A stretch of 32,000 nt of DNA from Promethearchaeota archaeon (GTDB taxonomy: Archaea; Asgardarchaeota; Lokiarchaeia; Sigyniarchaeales; SOKP01): contig JAUWGH010000004.1 in NCBI GenBank assembly GCA_030606485.1, forward strand, positions 297,392-329,391. The letters are read 5' to 3'. The notes below the pieces were generated by a model. That model ran no database searches. It saw only the letters and a list, made by a program, of their open reading frames with translations, and had not been told where the DNA came from. Made by a program: the position numbers and the translations under genes. Below are positions 1 through 6,638 of the stretch, piece after piece; the first letter of the stretch is position 1; every line of letters begins with the position of its first letter.

Positions 1-1041
1 TTAATTAGTATAAAAAACAGAATTCGGAGATTTTCGGAAGGGCCTTTAAAAAAAGTGTTTAATAATAAAAATTCAATACCAATCAGTAAAATTTTAAATA
101 ATAATTGTATTTTGAATTTGAACTCAATCATTAGACTTGGAGGAGATAAAGAGGATATTTATTTCTTTTTAATGTTAGTTTTAAAGAATATCTGGGATTA
201 TAATGTTTCTGCCGGTATATTTAATAGGTTAAAGCATCTAACAATTGTTGACGATGCAACATATTTTATGCCTAAGGAAAGTTCTCAGAATGATAAAATT
301 AGCACATATCTTGAAGACATTGCATTGCTCCAGAGAGGTACGGGTGAGAGTTTAATGGCTATTGCCACAAGACCCGATATCAGTGAAAATATTTTGGCTA
401 ATTCGGGTTTGGTTATAGGTTTTGAAACACATTTTAAGAAAAAAAATTTCGCTGAATTATTAAATTTACCCGAAGAGAAGTATATGTATCTCTCTTTATT
501 AAAAAAGGGGCAATGTATAATTAGAACGCCCTCTATTAAAAATCCCTTTCTTTTACAAGTTCCTTGGGTAAAAGAAACTCATATCTCAAGAAAATCATCA
601 AAAGTAAAAAAGAAGGAAAAGAATATCGATATGATTTTATTGAAGGATAAGAGACAAAATAAAATCAATTTTAAAAAAACCAATAAAGCAATCAAAATTA
701 AAAACCTCAATTTTCGACTCAATTTTACTCGAAATTGTTTTCATTCTGGGGATTATTCCAGCTGTTATTTCATTTGTTTAGAGATTATTGACTATATTGT
801 TGATCAACTTGTATATCGATTAAATTATAAATTTGGAGGTGTTGAAAAACTTTTACTTGATATTGAGCAAAATAATCTTTCGGATCGCATTAAAATTTAT
901 CCCGAGTTAAAATTAATTTCAGACAATATTAAAAATACTAAACAAAAAAAAATGATCTCACGTAACGATGTTTTAGAACTATTTGAACAAATTCGTAAGA
1001 TTTTCAATAAATATAAATATGCTGAAATTAACGCTCTTTAA
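1..1041 (+). CDS. FtsK/HerA-superfamily (HerA/DUF87-like) P-loop ATPase, C-terminal part; 5' end lies outside the window
   Basis: Frame 1 is open from nt 1, with no stop before the GTG at nt 55 where the ORF track starts, so the gene is cut by the window edge. A Walker-B-like LTIVDDATYF is followed by LQRGTGESLMAIATRPDISENILANSGLVIGF. By eye this matches the acidic Walker B, then GRKxG, then QRPsd layout of HerA/VirB4-type ATPases. A ~150-aa K/N-rich helical tail of unknown family follows. Confidence 0.55.
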   Translation, partial: LISIKNRIRRFSEGPLKKVFNNKNSIPISKILNNNCILNLNSIIRLGGDKEDIYFFLMLVLKNIWDYNVSAGIFNRLKHLTIVDDATYFMPKESSQNDKISTYLEDIALLQRGTGESLMAIATRPDISENILANSGLVIGFETHFKKKNFAELLNLPEEKYMYLSLLKKGQCIIRTPSIKNPFLLQVPWVKETHISRKSSKVKKKEKNIDMILLKDKRQNKINFKKTNKAIKIKNLNFRLNFTRNCFHSGDYSSCYFICLEIIDYIVDQLVYRLNYKFGGVEKLLLDIEQNNLSDRIKIYPELKLISDNIKNTKQKKMISRNDVLELFEQIRKIFNKYKYAEINAL

Positions 1042-1176
1042 GATTTAAATGATTTTCTACATTTTGAAATCAGTTGGAGCAAACAATACTTGCTTCCCGT
1101 ATTTCACATCCTTTTATTTTATGAAAAAGGTTGTATATTTTCTATATCTTCTCCAGTATAATGGATCTCAATTTGT

Positions 1177-1716
1177 TTAAACACGATAAATTTTTTTCTG
1201 ATTAAAAGTAAAATTCCTACCAGTCAAATGATAAGGGATTTCTACTTTTTTAACATCTATTCTATTATTTTTTAAAAAATCCTCATTTCCTAGACATGTT
1301 ACAACCTTACCAATAAATAAAGTGTGATCTCCGTAAACCTTACTATCGATCAGCTTACATTCTATGTGGCAAATGCACTCTTTTATTCGAGGACACTTCA
1401 CATTTATTCCATCTAATGATGTTAAGCCTGTTTCTTTGAATTTATTTACTTTTTTCCCAGAGATTTGACCACAATACATTAGTTTTTTTAATATTTCGCT
1501 TGTAGGAATATTAATTGTGAATTCTCCTTGATCTTTAATTAAATTATGCGAAAATCTTAAGGGCGACACAGAAATTCCTACAATAGGAGGATTTCTACTT
1601 ATAATTAAATTCCAAGCAAGTGGAATAATATTAATCGGAAAAGTCGTGACTAAAATTGTTTGTCTTGGATGCATTAATCCAATATGATTTGTATTTGCTA
1701 ATTTTTTAAAACCCAT
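1177..1716 (-). CDS. Flavin reductase-like FMN-binding domain protein (flavoredoxin family)
   Basis: ATG-started 179-aa ORF. The size and the pattern PRQTILVTT...IIPLAWNLIISRNPPIVGISVSP..FSHNLIKDQGEFTINIP...CGQISGKKVNKF..TGL are typical of the split-barrel flavin reductase-like domain. Confidence 0.65.
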   Translation of the reverse strand: MGFKKLANTNHIGLMHPRQTILVTTFPINIIPLAWNLIISRNPPIVGISVSPLRFSHNLIKDQGEFTINIPTSEILKKLMYCGQISGKKVNKFKETGLTSLDGINVKCPRIKECICHIECKLIDSKVYGDHTLFIGKVVTCLGNEDFLKNNRIDVKKVEIPYHLTGRNFTFNQKKIYRV

Positions 1717-1786
1717 GAATTTTTAAATTCTTTTATTTTATTTATTATTTTACTATTAATAATCTAATTAAATTGAAATATAAATA

Positions 1787-3628
1787 ATGTGCGGAATTTT
1801 TGGAGTTATATCAAATCAAGATACCCCTATAGGGAGTATTGTACTTGAAGGAATTAAACGATTGGAATATCGAGGATATGATTCTGTAGGCATTGCCTCA
1901 CAATTTAACGGAAAAATATTTGTGAAAAAAGATTCTGGAAAAATCAATGATGTTCATAAAAAAATAAAATTAGATGATTTTCCAGGAACTATTGCGATTG
2001 CGCACACTAGATGGGCCACCCATGGTGCTCCAATTAAAGAGAATAGTCATCCACATTTAGATTGTTCAAATAAAATAGCAGTAGTACATAATGGAATTAT
2101 TGAAAATTTTATGACTCTAAAAGAAGAACTCATTCAAAGGGGGCATAATTTTAAATCTGACACAGATACAGAGATTATTCCACATTTAATTGAAGAGAAA
2201 ATGAAGGAAGGGTTAGACTTTAAGGATTCAATAATTGAAGCTTTAAAAATCTGTAAAGGGTCATATGGATTAGCCATTCTAAGCTTATATATCCCAGATA
2301 CTATTATTGCTGTAAGAAAAGAATCTCCGATTATAATTGGGATTGAACCCGGAGTAGCAACCTATTGTGCATCAGATTTTCCAGCTTTTCTGCCATTAAC
2401 AAAAACATATTACATTTTGGAGGATTGTGAGATGGCGATTTTAAAAGCAGGAGAGGTAGAATTTTATGATATGAATACTTCAGAGATAATTGAGAAGAAA
2501 TCTCAACAAATTGAGTGGAGTATTGATGCAGCAGAAAAGGGAGGATATAAACATTTTATGTTAAAAGAAATATATGAACAGCCTGAAGCTTTGAAACGGA
2601 CATTGAAGATTTCGAATGAAGATATTAAAATTTTTGCCCAAATACTTTTGGCTGCCAATGATATTTATATTACTGGTGCTGGAACCTCACTATTTGCTTC
2701 CTTAGCTGGAAAATTTATTATTTCCAAATTTTTAGGTAAATATATTCAGGCAATTGAATGTTCTGAGTTAAAAGGTCAGTTAACAAATTGTTTAAGGGAT
2801 AATTCAGTAATAATTGCAGTTTCACAATCAGGTGAGACAATAGATACAATTGAGGCTATTCGCTGGGCCAAAAAAGCACAAAATTTAAAAATTTTATCGA
2901 TAACTAATGCTGTAGGATCATCAATTACAAGATATTCAGATCACTTTATAATTACACAAGCTGGTCCTGAAATTGGAGTCGCTGCTACAAAAACTTACTC
3001 TTGCCAAGTACTTACACTTGCATTAATCGCGTTGGAGATTGCAAAATTGAGAAAAATAGAACCAGAAAGTGAAATACAAAACTATTACAAGGCTTTAAAA
3101 TCAACACCTCAAATAATTGAGAATTTTTTGAGTAATAATATTAATTTAATTAGAAAAATTGTAAAAGATTTAGAGAAACATTCGAGTTATTTCTTTTTAG
3201 CTCGTGGGATATCAATTGGTACAGCTAAAGAAGGTGGATTAAAGTTAAAAGAAGTAGCTTGTAGATTCATTGAAGGATATTCTGCAGCTGCAGCAAAACA
3301 TGGTCCCATTGCATTGGTACGAAAAGGATACCCCATTGTTTTTATCGCACCGCCAGATGAGACTTATGTTAGATTAATCGGAAATTTAATGGAATTTAAA
3401 TCAAGAGGGGGCAAAATTATCTCCATTGTTGTAGAAAGTGATAAAAAAGTTAAAGTACATAGTGATATGACAATTGATATACCTCAACCAGCCGATATAT
3501 ACCATAATATATTTAGTCCAATTACCTTTATTCCAGCATTACAGTTGCTTGCATATTATACAGCAATTTTCCATGGACTCGACCCAGATATGCCATTGAA
3601 CTTAAGTAAGACTGTTACAGTTCATTAA
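1787..3628 (+). CDS. glmS: Glutamine--fructose-6-phosphate aminotransferase (isomerizing)
   Basis: The N-terminal MCGIFG carries the Ntn-type Cys2 glutaminase nucleophile, and RLEYRGYDSVGIA and HTRWATHG are present. There are two SIS-domain segments (VSQSGETIDT; ARGISIGTAKEGGLKLKE). The 613-aa length is typical. Confidence 0.95.
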   Translation: MCGIFGVISNQDTPIGSIVLEGIKRLEYRGYDSVGIASQFNGKIFVKKDSGKINDVHKKIKLDDFPGTIAIAHTRWATHGAPIKENSHPHLDCSNKIAVVHNGIIENFMTLKEELIQRGHNFKSDTDTEIIPHLIEEKMKEGLDFKDSIIEALKICKGSYGLAILSLYIPDTIIAVRKESPIIIGIEPGVATYCASDFPAFLPLTKTYYILEDCEMAILKAGEVEFYDMNTSEIIEKKSQQIEWSIDAAEKGGYKHFMLKEIYEQPEALKRTLKISNEDIKIFAQILLAANDIYITGAGTSLFASLAGKFIISKFLGKYIQAIECSELKGQLTNCLRDNSVIIAVSQSGETIDTIEAIRWAKKAQNLKILSITNAVGSSITRYSDHFIITQAGPEIGVAATKTYSCQVLTLALIALEIAKLRKIEPESEIQNYYKALKSTPQIIENFLSNNINLIRKIVKDLEKHSSYFFLARGISIGTAKEGGLKLKEVACRFIEGYSAAAAKHGPIALVRKGYPIVFIAPPDETYVRLIGNLMEFKSRGGKIISIVVESDKKVKVHSDMTIDIPQPADIYHNIFSPITFIPALQLLAYYTAIFHGLDPDMPLNLSKTVTVH

Positions 3629-3704
3629 ATAAATTAGTAGCTTTAACGCTGTAAAAAATAATTTTATATTTCGTAGTAAAATAATATATATAAAAACGAG
3701 ATAA

Positions 3705-4676
3705 TTAATTACTGTTTTTTTGCAAAATATTAATTTCTATACCTTTTTGTTCAAGTATCATTTTATTAGCGAGTAACTCTCGACCAGCAATTTTATCCAC
3801 TATATAAATTAGATTACCACCCTTTTCAGAGTATTTCTGACCATAGGAAATGGGAATATTTGGTGTAGGATCAACTAATAGCGATTCGGCAACTGCCTTT
3901 TCTTTTCGTTTGCCAGTAGCTAGCAGGACTACTGTTTTCGCTTTATAAACTAATTCTGCACCCATGCTAATAGCATAATGTGGGCTATCTTTTTCTGAGG
4001 GAAAATGTCCATCGATAACGGCATTTTTTATCGTGTTATCGTCAAGTTTAACTAACATGATATTACTACCATCAAAAGGAATTCCCGATTCATGGAAAGC
4101 TACATGGCCACGTCCACCAACTCCTATAATTTGCAAATCAATACCTCCAATATCCTTAATTTTTTGGGCATATCCATCCAAGATTGTTTTACGGATCCAA
4201 GCTAGATATTCTGAAACTGGATTATCTATGATATCAATTGATTTACCAGCATCTGTGCCCAATTCACGCCAATCATCTGGATGACCTTTTAATTCTTGTA
4301 TGAGAATTTCTTGATCGATTAAGCACCCATAAGGAACAGTTGTTTCTATGAATTTATTGACAAGATGTCCAAAAAATTCTTGAATCATAAAATAACAGTA
4401 GCTCTCCGGATGTATCGTGCGTTGTTGAACATTTTCACCTGGAAGGCCAATATATTCATCAAGGTTGAAACTGCGGATCCGACTACTATCAAATTCACCA
4501 GCGTTAGCCATTCTCGCTAAATGTTTATAAAGACCAGTAGGCGAATTTCCTGTTGCTAATCCAATAACGAATTCTTTTTTCTTCTGTAACGTTTGGTTGA
4601 TATTATCTTTAATAATTATGGATGCAATTTCGCTAATGTGTTCAAAATTTTCTGTTATAATAATTTTGATTGGCAT
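3705..4676 (-). CDS. nagB: Glucosamine-6-phosphate deaminase (NagB / 6-phosphogluconolactonase family), long form
   Basis: Motifs GLATGNSPTGLY, FNLDEYIGL and IGVGGRGHVAFHESG are present. At 323 aa it seems to carry an internal insertion (about CLIDQEIL...KDIGG) compared with the ~266-aa enterobacterial type as I recall it. Confidence 0.8.
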   Translation of the reverse strand: MPIKIIITENFEHISEIASIIIKDNINQTLQKKKEFVIGLATGNSPTGLYKHLARMANAGEFDSSRIRSFNLDEYIGLPGENVQQRTIHPESYCYFMIQEFFGHLVNKFIETTVPYGCLIDQEILIQELKGHPDDWRELGTDAGKSIDIIDNPVSEYLAWIRKTILDGYAQKIKDIGGIDLQIIGVGGRGHVAFHESGIPFDGSNIMLVKLDDNTIKNAVIDGHFPSEKDSPHYAISMGAELVYKAKTVVLLATGKRKEKAVAESLLVDPTPNIPISYGQKYSEKGGNLIYIVDKIAGRELLANKMILEQKGIEINILQKNSN

Positions 4677-4988
4677 AAAAATCTACTTTTATAGCAAGAT
4701 ACTTAATTATATTTTAAAAAAAGAGCATTTTCTAATAAATTTAATTACCTAATATATCGAATTGATTTTATTTATTAATTTATTTCCAAACTATAATAGT
4801 ATATATTAATAAAATTATCATTTATTCAGAGATTTTAAAACATTTTTTATTCTAATTAATTTTTAATTTAAAAGATTTATTCTTTTATATGTATGACATA
4901 TTTGGTGTTATTAAGAAAAAGAGCCGAATTATGATAGTCTGATTCTCTTTCAAATATATCAAGTATATGATTCGAGATATATCTTTTC

Positions 4989-5858
4989 TTAGCCTAAAAT
5001 AAGATTAATTTTAGAAGCTAAAATACCAGGTGATTCTCCAAGAAAGCTCTCAGGACTAGCGAAAAGAATATAATAATAAGGCATAAAAATAGATTCTTCA
5101 GAAGGGCCTACTCCAGAATTGACGATATATATCCATTTCCTTAGATCTCCAATTGTTGATTCTCGATATTTCCATCGTAAAGTCTCTACTTCAGGAATTT
5201 TTCCTAAATTTCTTAGGAGGACTGCAACGGATTTAAAATTAATACCAAAAGAAATTATAGGGGATAAATCAAATGATGTAACACATACTCCTTCAAGTCC
5301 ATAAACCTCCATTTCATTTAAAAATTTATTAAAAACGCGTGTTAATTCGTCTTTTTTTGCTTCAATTAGTTCTTTTGCTTTTGCATCTGTAAGTATTCGT
5401 ATAATTCTTTCTTTTTCTTCAAGATTTATTTTTTTTTCAAAACCAAGTGGGATTTTATTTTGAATTACCCAATCAAATATCATTTGAACTTTTTGTTTTA
5501 CAGCCTTACTATTTAAATAGGTTTCTGTTTGACATGTGATTAAAACATTGCCACTTTGTTTTTTTATTTGCTTTTCTTGGGATTTATTACTTCTTTTTGT
5601 ATTTTTACGTAAGGGAATAAATTCTAATACTTTTAGGTTTTTATCTAAAAGCCTTGCAAATTCAAAAATAGCTGAGACAAATCCGGAAGTCAATTCAAAA
5701 CATTCGGTTGGATTGAATTCATTCTTATGGTTAAATTCTTGAGTTGAAAAATCGAAAAATCTTAGATAAAGAGGGACTCCTTTAGGCAGAGGTTCTATTT
5801 CTAGATCATAATATGGATAACCAGTGGTCGTTATAACTTGAAGTGAGTAAATTGTCAT
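4989..5858 (-). CDS. Uncharacterized protein, possible longin-fold (sybindin/Bet5-like) N-terminal domain plus second alpha/beta domain
   Basis: A clean ATG-started 289-aa ORF whose only overlapping ORFs are antisense ones. The N-terminus MTIYSLQVITTTGYPYYD and the later LTSGFVSAIFEFARLL..LKVLEF...VLITCQTETYL resemble, from memory, TRAPP Bet5/Trs23-type longin domains. The fold assignment is speculative. Confidence 0.6.
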   Translation of the reverse strand: MTIYSLQVITTTGYPYYDLEIEPLPKGVPLYLRFFDFSTQEFNHKNEFNPTECFELTSGFVSAIFEFARLLDKNLKVLEFIPLRKNTKRSNKSQEKQIKKQSGNVLITCQTETYLNSKAVKQKVQMIFDWVIQNKIPLGFEKKINLEEKERIIRILTDAKAKELIEAKKDELTRVFNKFLNEMEVYGLEGVCVTSFDLSPIISFGINFKSVAVLLRNLGKIPEVETLRWKYRESTIGDLRKWIYIVNSGVGPSEESIFMPYYYILFASPESFLGESPGILASKINLILG

Positions 5859-5969
5859 GTATTCTTAAAAATTTCTCAATTTTTTATATATTCAATATAT
5901 ACATAAATTTGTTAATTGGATATAAATAATTATAGAAAATTAATATTAAAGCGAATTGAACAAGTTTTA

Positions 5970-6533
5970 TTAGCCTGAAATTGCAATTATTTCAGCACTT
6001 CTTACAACAAAATTTGTATCGATATAGAGTAATAGAGCATGGTCTTGATGATTAAAAACTAAAGGGACTAGTTTTTTAGTTGAATTCTCGATTAAACTAT
6101 TCTTTACATATATTTTAAGAGTTTTTTTACAATATTTACAAAATGCATCAATAAATTTTCCATTTTTACTCGGTACTATTTTTATAGCTTTCTCTACTAC
6201 TGAGTTAAAACCTTTAAAAAAATCATCATAAATCGCATCATACGAATTTAAAAAAGATTCTCCATAGATTTCAATAAATTCATCAGAGATGTAATCCAAA
6301 ATCGCCTCAATTAACTGAAATTGAACGGATTTATCGGCACCAATTACAAAGACTATATTTTTTTTTTTGATAAATATAACCTTAGAGTCAGCTTTGTTTA
6401 TATGATAATATCTGGATTCTTTAGGTACATTTCTAGCGAGAGAACTTTCAAAAAAAAAAGATTTTGGTAAATTTTTTTGTTTCCATGAAAAATAGGAGCT
6501 TTCAAAACATCCAATATTAACAAAAAAAATCAA
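5970..6533 (-). CDS. Uncharacterized protein, longin-like N-terminal domain plus C-terminal C2H2 putative zinc-binding beta segment
   Basis: 187-aa ORF with no Met codon at all. The ORF track start is a TTG at 6533, and an in-frame stop lies at 6567-6569. The segment NIVFVIGADKSVQFQLIEAILDYISDEFIEIYGE resembles the hhFhhhhD....LEAIh.Fh..h.eYF core of sigma-adaptin/longin folds. The C-terminus has FCKYCKK ... FNHQDH. Confidence 0.5.
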   Translation of the reverse strand: MIFFVNIGCFESSYFSWKQKNLPKSFFFESSLARNVPKESRYYHINKADSKVIFIKKKNIVFVIGADKSVQFQLIEAILDYISDEFIEIYGESFLNSYDAIYDDFFKGFNSVVEKAIKIVPSKNGKFIDAFCKYCKKTLKIYVKNSLIENSTKKLVPLVFNHQDHALLLYIDTNFVVRSAEIIAISG

Positions 6534-6638
6534 ATTTGAATAATCAGGGAATTGTTTGGATATTTTTCAGCACCATCAATTTCATATTATATAAATAAAG
6601 TATATTTTTTTGAGCTTTTATTTTTATTTTTTTCTCAA

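Noticed and set aside
595-1041. HEPN-like appearance of the HerA-like protein's C-terminal helical tail (RNCFH, helical hairpin spacing)
   Set aside because: The only R...H candidate is Rx3H, not the Rx4-6H HEPN motif, and no second conserved element is visible. The evidence is insufficient.
1717-1786. Possible glmS ribozyme upstream of glmS
   Set aside because: The spacer is only 70 nt of nearly pure A/T, too short and featureless for the ~170-nt ribozyme, which is also a bacterial element.
4033-4284. 83-aa plus-strand ORF inside nagB
   Set aside because: It is fully antisense to a well-supported CDS with clear family motifs. The product is low-complexity with no motif, as expected for a chance ORF in an AT-rich gene.
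4677-4988. 312-nt AT-rich intergenic region as a possible replication origin or ncRNA locus
   Set aside because: I found no repeated ORB-like boxes, no GC-rich stems and no adjacent orc1/cdc6. Its composition is like the other spacers.
5119-5742. Two plus-strand ORFs (61 and 68 aa) inside the 289-aa minus-strand gene
   Set aside because: They are short and antisense to a longer ATG-started ORF, with no recognisable motif.
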